Assembly: GCF_009914755.1 (NCBI RefSeq)
Contig: NC_060932.1
Source of the DNA: the human T2T-CHM13v2.0 reference genome, Homo sapiens
Reading direction: 5' to 3' (one strand)
DNA length: 64,000 nucleotides
The translations under genes and the position numbers were made by a program. Shown here piece after piece: positions 50,331 to 64,000 of this stretch. Below the pieces are notes generated by a model, which did no database searches, had not been told where the DNA came from, and saw only the letters and a list, made by a program, of their open reading frames with translations. The first letter of the stretch is position 1. Each line of letters starts with the position of its first letter.

Positions 50331-53001
50331 CAGTTGACTGCTGAACAACATGGGTTTCAATCCATTTATATGTATATTTTTTCATTAAATACAGTGGAAA
50401 ATTTTGGGGAAAGCTTCAACAATTTGAAAAACCTCATAGATGAACCATATATCCTGGAAATATCAAAAAACTCTAAAATTTAGATATGTCATGAATGTAT
50501 AAAACATATGTGGTAACTCATCTATTTTATCATTTACTACCAAAAAATATACACAAATCTATTATAAAAAGTTAAAACGTATTAAAACTTAGGCACACAA
50601 ACACAGACTATATACGGTGTTATTCCTAGTTGAGAGAAATGTAAATAAACACAAAGATGCAGTGTTAAATAATAACTGCATAAAATTAACTGTAGTACGT
50701 ATTGTACTACTGTGATAATATCATAGCCACCTCCTGTTGCTATTGCAGTGAGCCCAAATGTTGTATCTGCTGAAAACGCTATGTGATGCAAATCATCTCT
50801 CTGTGAGAAGTTGTCTCTCCACTTAATTGCATATCTCAGTAAAAAGTGATCTCTTGCAGTTCTCACGTATTTTTATTGTGTTTACTGCAATACCATAAAC
50901 CTTGAATAATACCATGGAACCCATACAAAGTGCTGCTAGTGATGCTGGAAGCACTCCTCAGAAGTAGATGAAAGTCATGGCATTACAAGCAACAGTTGAA
51001 TTGCTTGTGAATTGCTTCACTTGTAGCACAGATTGATGTCTGCAGCTGAGGCTACCTGTCATTTCAAGGTAAATGAATTCAGAGTAAGGACCATTGTTAA
51101 AAAAAAAAAAAAGAAAGAAAGAAAGATAAGGAAATCCATGAGGTGTTGCTGCAGCTATGCCAGTAGGCATAAAAGCCTTGCACTTTTTGCAAAATACCTT
51201 TTAATCTCCAGTTGAAAAAGGAGCTTGTATGTGGGTGCAGGATTACTCTAAGAAAGCCTTGTCTATAGATTATAACATGATTTGAGAAAAACTGAAGTCA
51301 TTACATGCCAAAATTAAAGCAAAAGGAAGGTGAAGGTTCTAAAGCTGGAGAATTAAATGCCAGGAAAGGATGGTTTGATAATTTTAGAAAAAGGTTTGGC
51401 TTACAAAATGTCAAAATAACAGGATAAGTAGCTTCGGCTGATAACGAAGCAGGAGACTAGTTATTAGATGTCTTGAAGAAAATCATTGAGAAGAAAACAT
51501 AGTTGCCTGTATATAGTTTTAATGTAGATGAAAAAGTGCCCTATTCTGGAAAAAATATCACAAAGAACATTCATGAGTAAGGAAGAGAACCAGGCACCAA
51601 GCTTTCAGGCAGGAAGAAATGGGCTAACTCTACTGTTTTGTGCAAATGTAGTTGGGTTTATGGTCAGGACTGCCCATGTTCTAAAAGCTGCTACCCCATA
51701 AGCCTTAAAGGGAAAAGATAAACACAAGCTGCCAGTATTTTAGTTGTCTGGACAATGAGAATATTGATTGGTTCCATTTATGCTTTGTCCCTGAAGTCAG
51801 GAAGTACCTTGCCAGTAAGGCAAGTTCTTCTTTTATTGTTCTTTAAAGTTCTTCTTATATTAGAAAATTTCCTTGGTCACCAAGAACCCCATAAATCCAA
51901 CACTGAAGGTGTCAAAGTGGTCTACCTGGCCCCAAACACAACATCTTATCAGGGGGTCATAAAGACCTTTAAGGCTCATTACACATGGTACTCTATGGAA
52001 AGGATTGCCAGTGCTATTGAACAGATCCCCAATAGAGAGAAAATCATGAGAGTCTAGAAGAATCACACCATGAAAGATGCCATCATTGTTATATAAAAAG
52101 CCATCAATCTTGAAACAATAAATTCTTGCTGGAGAAAACTGTGTACACACATGTTGTGCATGACTTCACAGGATTTATGATGCAGCCAATCAAGGAAATC
52201 ATGAAAGAGGTTGTAGATATGGCAAAAAAAAAAAAAAAAAGGAAGAAAAGAAAAAAAAATAAAAAGAGGAGAGGGAATGTACTCAAGATATGGATCTTGG
52301 AGAAATTCAAGAGCTGATGGATACCACACCAGAATTAACAGAAAATGACTTAATAGCGATGAGTGCATCTGAACCGTGCCAGATGAGGAAGAAGACGTAA
52401 AAGAAGCCGTGCTGGAAAACAAACTGATATTAGACAATCTAGTAGAAGGCTTCCGTTTATTCAAAACTATGGGCTTTTCTATGAAGCAAGCACTGAAACT
52501 AAAGCAATCAGTGGAGGAAGGATTGATACCATATAAACACATTTTTAGAGAAAAGGCAAAATAATTAAAAAATGTATTTCTGTATGAGTGTGCCTGCATC
52601 TCCTGCCTCCCCTTCCACCTCCTGCACCTCTTCTGCCTCTGCCACCCTTGAAAACAGCATGACCAACCCCTTCTCTTCCTCCTCCTCCACATACTCAAAG
52701 TGAAGATGAAGAGGACGAAGACCTTTATGATGATTTACTTCCACTTAATAAAAAATAAATATATTTTTCTTCCATATGATTTTCTTAATAACATTTTCCT
52801 TTTGCTTACTTATTGTTAGAATACAGTATATAATACCTATAACATGCAAATATGGGTTAATCAACTTTATATTATTGGTAAGACTTCTGGTCAACAGGAG
52901 GCTATTGGTAGTTAGTTTTGGGGAAGTCAAATGTTATATGCCAATTTTTGACTACATGGGGATCTGTGTCCCTAATCCCTGAATTGTTCAAAGGTAAAAT
53001 T
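50331..53001 (+). mobile_element. Near full-length Tigger2 DNA transposon with dead pogo-family transposase (~50915-52565)
   Basis: TIRs cagttgactgctgaacaa / ttgttcaaaggtaaaatt with TA on both sides. About 2.67 kb. Transposase remnants: aatgccaggaaaggatggttt (ASKGWF-like), tttaatgtagatgaa (FNVDE), LLILENFLGH, YLAPNTTS..QGVIKTFKAHY. Confidence 0.9.
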
Positions 53002-53220
53002 TATTATTCTACTCTCTCTATGTATTTGACTACTCTAGGTAACTCGTATAAGTAGATTCATTATAATATTTGTCCTTTTGTGTCTGGCTTATATTTAGAA
53101 TACTAATATTTTCAATGGTCACCCATGTTGCAGTGTGTAGAATGTAGCATTTTTAAGACCAGATAATATCCCATTACATGTATATACCACACTTTGTTTA
53201 TCCATTCATCTCTCAAAGAA

Positions 53221-53560
53221 TGTTATGGACTGAATGTTTGTGTCTGTCAACATTCATATGTTGAAATCCTAACCCCAAGGTGATAAAATTAGGAGGTAGG
53301 GCCTTTGGGAGGGTAATTAGCCCTCATGAATGGGATGCCCTTATAAAACAGACCTCAGAGAGCTCTCTATCCCTCTTTCCAGCAGTGAGTATACTACAAG
53401 AAGTTGGCAGTCTACAGCCTGGAAGAGAATCTTTCCTAGACCTCCACCAGGCTGGCACCCTGACCTCAGACTTCTAGCCTCCAAAACTGTGAAATTTCTG
53501 CTCTTTAAATGCCACCCAGTCTACGACACTTTTTTATAGCAGCCTGAACTGAGTAAGACA
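53221..53560 (+). mobile_element. MaLR solo LTR (MLT1A-like)
   Basis: tgttatggactgaatg...tatagcagcctgaactgagtaagaca. TSD AAGAA at 53216-53220 and 53561-53565. Confidence 0.85.
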
Positions 53561-54214
53561 AAGAAACAGAGGGCTTCCCTGACTACTTCACCACTCAAAC
53601 ATACAGCACTCAGTTTATGTCTATTGCTGCACTTATTGAGATCACTACATGGTTGCTTTGTTTATTTATGGTTTTATTCTGTATTTCCATCTGTTTTATT
53701 CAACACAGTAGGGTCAACACAAACAGCTCCTGGCACATTTTCTGAGCCTGAGTGATAGAATTACAAGGGCTCGCTAAGTGGGGCACCCATGTATTAATGC
53801 CCAGTTGATAACACAATCAACTGTACAAATCATATTTTGCCATTTTCTGCCCACTGGGTTTACTACCCGGTTATTTACCACCGTACTCTCCCCCATATAC
53901 ACACACAGCTAGAAACCCAGTAGGAAGTCCAGTGCTCCAAAGGTGGATAACAAATCTCATTTTATCACACATATAGCAAAGATTAGCAGCTTCCCAGGCA
54001 CATCTGGGAAAGCTCTAGGAAATATACAGCAAGGTACAATAGGTGGTAATAGTGATAATTTAGGCCACTGTTGGGCAAGCACTTAGAGGTTTTTATCTTT
54101 GTCTTCTTAGATTCTACCTTCCATCCCCATACCCAGAGATAAAAATCAATGTGGAATTGTTTTACTGCTTGAAAACTGCATTCTGGAGAGTACTGATACT
54201 CAATGTAAACAACA

Positions 54215-54450
54215 CACCAAGAGCTTAACATTTATTAAGCCAGGCACAGCACTAATCTCCTTAACACATTAGCTCATATAATTATCACAACAAGCCTATG
54301 AGATTGGTATTATTATCTTCATTTTACAAATGAGGAAACAAGTTGAGAAGGGTTAATCAACTTGCCCAGGGCTACAGAATGAGTAGGCAATATCTATGGA
54401 TACAAGTGTCATTGTAACTTTGAAACAGCTCTTGCTCTTAACAACTTCCA
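54215..54450 (-). mobile_element. MIR
   Basis: attatcacaacaagcctatgagattggtattatta..cattttacaaatgaggaaac...cttgcccagggctacag. Confidence 0.75.
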
Positions 54451-55534
54451 GGAAGCCCAGAAGAGTGGGTGACAAACCTAGCCTTTACTACATAAGATTA
54501 AGGATGATCTACACAGGCCACTCTAGCTCAGAAATCCACTGTCTGGTTTCATACAGCTGAATCTCACCAGTGTACAGGTGGGCCATTTTGCTGGAAGAAC
54601 AAAATAAAATTCAAACAACAAACAAGTGATACTTTAGAGGTAGACAGCCACAAGGTTGTAAGTTATAAAATATGTTGTAGTTATTATTATTACCATTGTA
54701 ATCCCATTTAATTTTTGGTGCATACAGATTTGGGGGCAGAATGCTAGATCCTAGGATACAAAAGTAAAAAGTAAGGTATTTGTTATCAAGGAGTTCATAG
54801 TTTAACCATCAGAGACACAAGCAGGTGTTGTGATAGGGGTTTGTATGAGTATACAAGTGTACAATGATAAAGCTCCAAACTTCATGGGGCAGAGCACTAG
54901 GAGAATGGAAATGGAATCTTAAACACAACTTGAAAAGCCTTTCACAAAATGTTAAATCCCTGAGTTTATAAAAAAGTTCCTCTGCCTCCTTTTCATCTTC
55001 AAGGTAACCTTCCTAGACCAGGCTCTCTTTTACTTATACTTGAATATTGCAACACTTTCCTAATTGCCTAATTCATTTCCGTGGCTCTATATTCTTTCAA
55101 TTTTGACCTACCCTACTAAGTATGGAAAGATTAAGTATCCCAAAATATCATTTCCTTTATTTAACTTCCCTGCTCAAAACACTATGATTGCTATGATTAC
55201 TATGATTTACTTACCGAAATGGTTGAAAATTATTTATCCTTGCATTGAGTAAACTTCAAAAATTCATACATATCTACCTTTACAAGCTCAATTCTCCTAA
55301 AGGCTTATATACCACCTGGGCATTATCCAAACTGGGTCACAGAATGTGCCTCCTGGGCTTCACCTATGTTCACACTGGCCCCACATCTCCAGTGTCCTGT
55401 ATATACCAAAGGGCCTTGACCAATCAAGTCCTAGTCTTCCTTGAAGTCTCTCTCTTTCCTTATCTGTGTTTCTCTTGCCTCTGAGAGCACTCAGTGTGTA
55501 GATGGCTTGCTGAATAATTAACAAGTCATCATGT

Positions 55535-55770
55535 GAGAGGTAATGGTGTGTGGTGGGTATGGACACAGGCTTTAAGTATGGAGGACACAGATTCAGGGCC
55601 TGAATAAGATGCCTACGAATTATGATCTTGAACAAAGTAAATGGTATTTGCTAAGTTTCAAATTATACATGTACAAAATGAAGATAATGATTATGCTTCC
55701 TTACAGGGTTGTGGTGAGAATTCAATAAAATTGGCCCTACAAGAATTCCTAGCACAGGGAATAGCACAAA
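55535..55770 (+). mobile_element. MIR
   Basis: tgatcttgaacaa...gtacaaaatgaagataatga...cagggttgtggtgagaattcaataa. Confidence 0.65.
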
Positions 55771-57844
55771 ACAGCTCAAAACAGTAGATAAAAATTATAT
55801 ATCTGTCCATGCTTCAGTTATATATCTAACATAATAATATTTCCAAAATATCTAAAGAACATATGACAAATTTAGGTAACAGATTTGTTAAATTTATTAA
55901 CAAAAATATCTATGATAGCTATACCCACAAAGAAAGCAAAACAAACAAAAAATGTCCCTCTGCTACAACATTATTACTGATTACCATCTCATGAGCCTCT
56001 CTGAGATTTCATCACTTTAGGAAAAGGTCCTTTGAACTGTATCCATTCTCCACCATAAATCCTGTTTTCTACTCTCTGATTATTGTAGTAGAATATTATA
56101 TAATCCTAAAGAAGAATCAGATGAATCCATACGAAAAGATAGGAAGAGGTGCACATAAAATACTGGTAAATGAAAACACACGTGCATACACATATCTACG
56201 TATTATGTGTGCAACATGTATAGATATTTTCTGTATGTTTAGATAAGAAATTATTAAAAATAGTTACCTCCTGGGGAATGAACTTGGTAGGCAAAGGGCT
56301 GAAGCAGAAAACTCTACTTCTGAATAAACTTTTCTATGATTATAATTTTAAAGGATTTAGTAAATATGAAAATTGAGAGGCAAAGTTTGGTTGAAAGCAT
56401 TTTTTTGTATGTATAACATGTTATCTGACAAAATTTTAAAAGATGGCCTAAAACAATGCATGCTAAATGGATTTGGGGGCTGTACTTGTGCTGATTAAAC
56501 AAACATGAGTTCTGTAATTCTTTAGCAGTATCACTGGACTACTTATTCAATAAACACTGTTAAGATCCTCCACACTGACTCTTACATGTTACTCATCTGT
56601 GTTTAACTTAACATGCCATTCTGACTTGATAAATACCGCAAATTAAAATTTGAAATGGGTCAACCTTGTCAAAACGAGACGTTTGAGAATGAGAAAAAAT
56701 GCTTTATAAAATTAATTTACATGGTTACATTTTTATTCACTTTAAAAATATTCTACCGTATTCAATATTTAATGTTACTAATATATTCATATATTATAAC
56801 ATTAACACTTAAGGGAAAAAGAATAGAAAATAAGGTAACGCCAATGGCAGAATTAATGTAGATTATGTATACTCTACTATCTGGTATAGTTGCCATATAA
56901 CTGACTTCTCCGAATTTCCTAAAACTTAGAGCAAAGATAGAAGAATGATCAGTTATAAGATCAATTATAACAGTCATAAGACTGATTTACAAAAAGTACA
57001 AATATTTTTTCTAGTCCCAGTCCTAGATGCTATTTTCCCCATGAGCTTTCTGAGCCTATGGCCCTGAGGCTAGGTATTAACTTTAATGTCATAATTACAT
57101 ACCAAAGAAGCAGCAGTCTAGAAAAAGGAGTAATCACTTAGAATAGTAAAAATTAACCATAAATATCAAATTGGAAAATAAATGACTGTTCCTTCTCCTT
57201 CTCTTTCTGTTTCCTGATGCTTCTTCCTTCCCATCCCTCAAAAACCATATTCCAAATGTTTGGAAATGATCTACCTATTCTAATCTCTCTTCACTTAGAG
57301 AACTCATCTTCTCCTGAGGGTACTACTAGTAATTCAACCTCTCTGATTCTAACAAGCGCCTAACAGACTGTAGTTTTTCCATATATGAAAGCTGGTAATA
57401 ACAACAATGGCAATAACAACAAAAGCAACAACAACAATAATGTCTCCAATACATAAACGTGATGACTCCTCCATGTATAGCTCAAGATGAACTCTCTCCA
57501 GAACTCCAGAAACATCTATCACGTTTTCCAGCAAACATTTACATCCACGTCTCCATGGGCCTCTCACATTCATCAGGCAAAAACCTGAACCTTTTATCAC
57601 TTTTCATCTGGCTCCAAATGCAGGCAAAACATAGCCCAGTCTTCTGTTATTTATATAGGTAAATGAAACCATTCCAATCCATCAAATTCCAAATCTGAAA
57701 ATTATCTAAAATACATTTCTTTTTCTTAACTTTCTCAACTTATCAATCAGTCTACACACCCAACTGCTTGTGTACAGTGAATACAACCAAGACTCATCTC
57801 TATCTCACTATCCTCAGGCTCAGCTGAATACCTCAACCTTTTAG

Positions 57845-58130
57845 TTTTTTTTCATTATATTTTAATGAACAAAACTTAGGTCTATTCATAGTGTTTAACA
57901 TGATGTTTTGAAGTAAGTATATATATGGAATGACTAAATCAATGTAATTAATATGTACATTATCTCACATATTTATCATTTATTTGTGATGAGAACATTT
58001 AAAATTTACTCTCTGAGCAATTTCCAAGTATAAATCGTCTGCTTATTAACTATAGTTATCATGTTGTATAACTGATCTCTTGAACTTATTCCTCTTGTCT
58101 AACTGAAACGTTGTGTCCTCTGACAAGGAT
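57845..58130 (-). mobile_element. L1MA 3' end fragment
   Basis: gatgagaacatttaaaatttactctctgagcaattt...ttaactatagttatcatgttgtata..gatctcttgaacttattcctc. Confidence 0.78.
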
Positions 58131-58399
58131 CTTAACCTTTTTAAACTGAGAAACAGTAGTGACCTCCTAACATGTCCCCCATCTCTAGTCCTGATTCAGC
58201 TCCCTGTTTACTGCCAGTGTGATAATCTTTATAGAGCCTTCCAAACACTTGAAGGAGAGAACACAGAATAAGTGAGCCTCCTTCAGTGAAGGAACTATCA
58301 TTCTAAACCTTAAATCTGAAAAGGTACCCTCAGATAATAAATTAGTGACAAATTTCATTATTGAATAGATAGAAATTTAAATTAAGAAGTGGCAACTGA

Positions 58400-58685
58400 G
58401 GCTGGGCGCTGTGGCTCACGCCTGTAATCCCAGCACTTTGGGAGGCCAAGGTGGATCACGAGGTCAGGGGTTCAAGAGCAGCCTGACCAACATGGTGAAA
58501 CCCCATCTTTACTAAAAACACACACAAAAAAATTAGCTGGGCGTGGTGGTGGGCACCTGTAATCCCAGCTACTCAGGAGGCTGAGGCAGCAGAATTGCTT
58601 GAACCCAGGAGGCGGAGGTTGCAGTGAGCTGAGATCGCACTCCAGCCTGGGTGACAGAGTGAGACTCTGTCTAAAAAAAAAAAAA
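58400..58685 (+). mobile_element. AluS (Sg-like) with small deletions
   Basis: ggatcacgaggtcagg. TSD aagt(g/a)gcaactga on both sides. Right arm lacks 8 nt (gagatc|gcactccagcc). Confidence 0.92.
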
Positions 58686-58724
58686 GTAGCAACTGAATCT
58701 AAGAGCATTTTTTAATGCTATTTA

Positions 58725-59202
58725 TTTTCCATTTGTCCTTCTAAGATTTGTTTGTCCTCCTCAGCTCTGCAGAGGCTAGAGAGGTTAACCTCTATGGACT
58801 GTACTACCCAGGATCCCTTGCCATTTGACTTTCAGTTGGATTGAGACAACAGGAAGCTCTATCCACAGAGAAAAGAAGACAAAAGAAAGAACAGGTTGAG
58901 ATATTCATGCCCCCTCCCTAACCTCAATGCCGTTCTCTACGGTGCCACATTTCTTGGGCAGTTAATTACCTTTCCATGACACCAGATCTCACCAGGCTCT
59001 GAAACTAAGTGACCTTCCCTTCCCCTCCTACTCCTAAGAATAGTGATGACTTACTGCTGTTCTTAATCTCAGTAGAGTTCACCATCTCCTGTAGTTTTTC
59101 TTAACTGCCCCTAAATCTCAGGAAATAGTTTCATACTGAAATTTTTTTTGACTAGACACTTCAGAGTGTGCAGCCTTTTTCGTGCTAGGATTCTGACTGA
59201 CA
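58725..59202. mobile_element. ERVL LTR33-like remnant
   Basis: aacctctatggactg...tcccttgccatttgactttcagttgg...gctaggattctgactgaca. Confidence 0.55.
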
Positions 59203-59659
59203 TGTATGGCTAATAGACATGCCAATTTGAGTGTATTCCATGAACCAAAAAAGCAGCAGTATAGGATCATCTTTACATATCATCTTGATAGCCTTTAGAA
59301 AAACCATCAGATAATGACCATGCATGCTCAAAATATTTGGTATGATTTTACATATATTTGTGGCAGCTGAAAGTCATTTTCATAGAAGAAGAATTACGTA
59401 TTTTATCACAAAAGACAATTTTAGTCTAGAGCAGTGTTCTTCAAACTGTGGTGCACAGACTGGTATGTCTCTGAGGTCTGAGATAAACAAAAAATAAGAG
59501 TAAGCTTTTAGAAACTGTTCTAGTAATCTGGCATTAAGTACTATTTTTACTGTGTTTTACAAAAGCATTGATCCATTATAAACTAAAACTAAAAGTTCTT
59601 CATGACAGTTTTTTAAAAAAATTAAAATAGTCATAAACTTGTAAAAATTGGTTAAATAA

Positions 59660-60960
59660 CAAAGTTTTAATTTTTCTGAACCATTGAGAGTAAACTGCCA
59701 ATGAAAGAATGCTTCAATACCCTGAATATTGTATTTCGTATAAACATAAACATTTTCCTACAAAGCTAAATATAACTATCAATGTCAGGAAGTTCACATC
59801 AATACATTATCATTTAATCATCAGATCCCACTTAAAGTCATACAGTTTTCTCAAAAATATTTTTCATAGCAAAAGAGTCCATTTCAAAATCATTAGTTGC
59901 CTGTCGATGCCATGCTAGTTTCCTCTGTCTGGAATAGTGCCTCTGTCTTTCCTTGACTTTCATAATCTTGACACTTCAGAATACTACAAGCCAGTTATTT
60001 TGGAGAATGTCTATCAAGTTTGTTTTGCAGATATTGTCTCATAATTATATTTTGTTAAATATCATTTTCAGAAATATCTCAATTGATGCTGGATGCATCT
60101 ATCAGATGGCATTTGATTTCAGTTTGTCCCATTAATTATAATGTTTACTTTGATCACTTGCTTAAGGTGGTATCTGCAAAGTTTCTCCACAGTGAAGTTA
60201 CACTTTTCCCCTTTGTCAATAATAACAATTTTATTGGATATATATTTTGAATTACATAAATATCTGGTTCCTCCAGTAACTTCAAATTATTTACTTTTAT
60301 ATTTATATATATGTGGACTCATGGCTTGCTATTTTATTAAGTGGATTATAATATGTAACTATCATTACTTATTTTGATGCTTATCTGTCTCTGACTCAAA
60401 CAACTGAAGACCCTTCAAACTAGTATCATTGTTCTTCCAATGTTTTTCTGTAATTCTTCAAGCATTTACTGGCATTTTGACAAAACAAGGTGTTCCAGGA
60501 TCATCCTCTACTTTGCCCTGAAATCAGTCATTTCTCTAAGAAGCCAGCTGCTTTAAATAGATAATGGTATTTAGAAACCAAGATCCAGGCAAAAAGTGTA
60601 TTTATTATTATGTGGTTGTCACTAATCCCAGTTCTCTCAATGTATAAACTGTGGGAATACATGCATGTATGCATATACATGTTTCTATCTGCCTGTATAC
60701 AGACATACTCACATATACATGTGCCCATTTATATTTACTACTATGGTAACAAATACATATATTTAAATCTATATTCATTCCCATATCTATATCTATACAT
60801 TTAAAACCATGACTTAATAAGAATATCTGTAATATTAATCCACCACAGGGTTCAATACAGTTTTCTTCCTTTCTGCACTTCTTACACCCTTCTCTGCCAA
60901 TGTGGAACTGGCTTCATCATCTTAAACCTACTCAGTTATATGATCAATCCTTTATATTAC
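59660..60960 (-). mobile_element. L1MC-type 3' region
   Basis: tttgatcacttgcttaaggtggtatctgc..gtttctccac...acaaggtgttccaggatcatc...tggtatttagaaaccaagatc. Confidence 0.7.
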
Positions 60961-61684
60961 CAATCTCTTATCTGTGTCAGCACCAATTCCCCTGCCTCTG
61001 CATGCCACAGACAGTTGAAGATGTTCTCATCTGGAGACATTTTCTTTAAAATTAGAAAAAATTTGATCCTTACTATCACTATTTCCACTTAATACAAATT
61101 TAAAAATAAAAATATGAAAATATGAGTGAGAAAAATAGAAATTAACATATTTGAACATTACATAATTTTGGAGAAAATTAAAATAAATCACATGGCTGAG
61201 CCAGTAAGTTAGATGCTTGGAGACACATCTTTAAATCACAAGTAATGCATATGTCTGTGTGAACTTGTTTCTCAATTTCCATCACACAGAACACTGCACC
61301 TTGGTTCTTTAGTATGCATGACAAAGCACTGAGAGAAGATTAAAGATGGGCTATACCATTTACTTTTATTGTTTTGTTTCATTTGCTTTCTCTGGTCCAC
61401 TATATTAGGCAAAAGATCTTCTGACTTCTACTCTTTATCTGCTTATTTTCAGTAAGCAAAACAACCTCTAAGGAAAAAACTTGGAGAGGGGTATTATGTA
61501 TATCCATCCTTTCACAACTAAGACATGAATTATCAATATCTGAAACACAATATGTTCATTTCTTAAAGTACAGTAGTGGGAAAATATGAACTTTTGATTA
61601 AAATATGCATCATTCTAATGATGCACAGGAAGCTAAGCAAATCTCAATGACCTAAATTAGGAGCAATTTAAATCTATAGTCAGA

Positions 61685-62005
61685 ATGTAGGGGAAATTGA
61701 AGGATTTCAATTAAAGGGGACAAACTTTCAATTGTATGATGAATAAGTTCTTGAGATCTAATATACAGCATGGTGACTTTAGTTAATAATGCATTGTATA
61801 CTTGAAATTTGCTAGAAGAGTAAATCTGAAAATTTCTTACCACACAAGAAAAATTGCTAACTATGCCAGGTGATAGATATGTTAAATAACTTGATAGTGG
61901 TAATTGTTTCACAATGTATGTTTATCAAAACATCATGTTGCATACCTTAAATGCATTTAATTGATTTATCAATTATACCTTGATAAAACTGGAAAAAATG
62001 AAATA
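61685..62005 (+). mobile_element. L1MA 3' end fragment
   Basis: gatgaataagttcttgagatctaatatacagcatggtgact...aaatttgctagaagagta...catcatgttgcataccttaaat. Confidence 0.8.
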
Positions 62006-63249
62006 AGCATTGGCATCAATTTGAAAATATTCACTAAATACAGGCAATATTAATGATGCCTTAATGTCAAGAATCCTTCCAGAATATTGACAAAATGCCC
62101 TTGTGCTTATACACATGCTCAAGAGAAGCGCTGCACATTAGTCAAACTTCATAATATGGTATCAAATTAAAATCTAAAGTAAACTACAGAAAAAGACCCA
62201 ATGGTAGTTCATTATTACAACATTTTAGAGACTCTTAAGAATTGGCTAAGTTTAAAAATAGGTAGCCCATCGTTGTCAGATCATTTATTAAATCAAATCC
62301 CTAAGTATTAATGGAGCGTCAACCATACACAAGGATCTCAGGGATTAGAGCAGACCATACAAGAAAAGACATAAATATCTCGGGCCTCACACAACTTTCA
62401 TGCTGGTGAGGTAAGAAAGATAATAAATAATAAATACATATGATGACTGAAAAAGGTATATAGACTATGATAGAAGATAAGAGCCACAGTGGGAAATAAA
62501 ATAAAGCAGGAAAGAAGGAAGGATCAAGAAAGACAAATTAGCGACAGAATAGCCAAGCATGACCTCACAAAGAAGGTGACATTTTCAATAAACACTGGAA
62601 GAAGGAGCATCGCACATCAGGCAAATCTCATGATGTGATACTGAATTAACATCATAATTACTGATGTTAATTATGAACCTCCTAGGCAGAGGCAATAGCA
62701 ATCATAAAGGCAAGACAAGAGTATGCCTGTGGAATGGAGAAAGAGAGGAGAAAGCAAGAGGAGATGAAGTCAAAAAAGTTTCAGAGAGCCAAGAAATGTT
62801 ACACTATGCAGGTTGCTTTAAAGACTTTTTGTTGTTGTTCTTGCATGAGACCATGTCCACTGGAGAATGCATGCTTTATTCTTCTATAAGAATTTTATTT
62901 GAAAGGTAGCCTGTTGGGATCAGTGTCTCATTCATTTAAAACAGAGACACCCTCAGCTATGAGACCAACAGCCATTTAAAAGTATTTTGTACAATAACAA
63001 TATGCACTGCATTAAAATAAAACTTCAAACTATGCAAGAGTTATTTATAAAATTTTCAATATCTAGTTCTGATCAGTATGCATATTTCAGTGTGGACATT
63101 GTAGCTTCAAATGCAGAGCTTTGCATTCCAAACTGTACACTAGCATCCTTAATGCCATTTTCGTGTATTGAATCCGAAGAGCTTTGAATTTTTGAGTTGA
63201 ATTTTTCAGAAGCAGATATATTCATCTTTTGAAAGGAGTCAAAACAGTC

Positions 63250-64000
63250 TTTTCATTTTTTTAAATTTCTTCTTATGAAAAATTTCAAAGACAAAAGTAG
63301 AAAGAATGGTAAATGAATGTAATATATTTATACCGCCTTTAATAATTATCAATACATTCACAATCTTGTTTCATCTATACCCCTTACTCACTCCTCTATC
63401 CAGTTTATTGTGAAGCAAATCTAAGACATCACAAGCATTATATCAGTTAACTGATGATTTACTTCAGAATCAGCTTTTAATATATAGAAATTCTTAAAAA
63501 TAACCACAATATCATTATCACACCTAAAGAATTCACCATAATTTCTTAATATCTTCAATATCTAGGCAGTTTCCATATTTCCTCAATTATTTTATAGTTT
63601 ATTTTTATAGCTTGCTTTCACTAGAATCCAAACATTGTGTGTGTTTTGTTATGACTTTTAAGTTTTGTATTTTAGTTTAAAAGAAAGTTTATCTTTCCTT
63701 TTATTTCTTCCATTTTTTGTTGTTGAAGGAACCAGACTGTTCTATAGAAATCCCTTTGTCTGTATGTCTAGATTCTGCTGATTACATCTCCACAGTATCA
63801 CTGACCATGTTCCCCAGTTCCCTTTGTGTCCTGTAAATTGGCAGATCTGGAGAACTGTTCACATTCAGATTGTATGTGTGCATGACTTTTTTTTTTTTAG
63901 TCTGAACATAGGTAGTGTCATACACCATCAGCATGTATCTCATCAAGCCATTGATAATCATTGCCTAGGCACATTTATTCATTAGGAGTTGCAAAGTCCT
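63250..64000 (-). mobile_element. L1MC/ME-type 3' region running to the window edge
   Basis: ttatgaaaaatttcaaa...ttgtgaagcaaatctaagacatca...aaccacaatatcattatcacacctaaa...ttcattaggagttgcaaa. Confidence 0.65.

Larger units (their letters stand above)
49525..53215 (-). mobile_element. L1MB-type 3' end split into three pieces (49525-49684, 50278-50330, 53002-53215)
   Basis: ttttaaattgtggtaaa...tttttcatcaccccaaactgaaac | cattaaa...ccagcctctggtaac | attctactctc...ttgactactctagg... are collinear L1MB 3'UTR segments. Confidence 0.75.

Noticed and set aside
50915-52698. Possible domesticated TIGD-like transposase gene, and a 211-aa antisense ORF
   Set aside because: Multiple stops and frameshifts inside TIRs. 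The antisense ORF is low-complexity shadow translation.

Overview
This is AT-rich, CpG-depleted primate (most likely human) genomic DNA lying wholly inside the MMP16 (MT3-MMP) gene, which is transcribed on the minus strand. Three coding exons are visible with canonical GT-AG boundaries and consistent phases: exon 2 (40556-40704, 149 nt), exon 3 (29874-29996, 123 nt; cysteine switch PRCGVPD and furin site RRKR) and exon 4 (11073-11377, 305 nt; N-terminal catalytic domain with MT-loop). Exon numbering is from recalled gene structure. The rest is intron rich in transposable elements. These include a 5'-truncated L1PA carrying a younger, twin-primed (5'-inverted) L1, an old ~6 kb L1MC/MD-type element, about 13 Alu/FLAM copies, MaLR/ERVL LTRs, a near full-length Tigger2, MER2, MER6A, MER63A, L2 and MIR fragments. 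No prokaryotic-type system (CRISPR, operon) is present and I cannot support a wholly new biological system. The best leads concern MMP16 RNA processing: a skippable in-frame exon 3 with a T23 tract, weak donor and flanking inverted Alus, candidate cryptic exons, and sense-L1 polyadenylation. A few unexplained hairpins and duplications are also reported. Repeat subfamily calls are from recalled consensus sequences and boundaries of old repeats are approximate.
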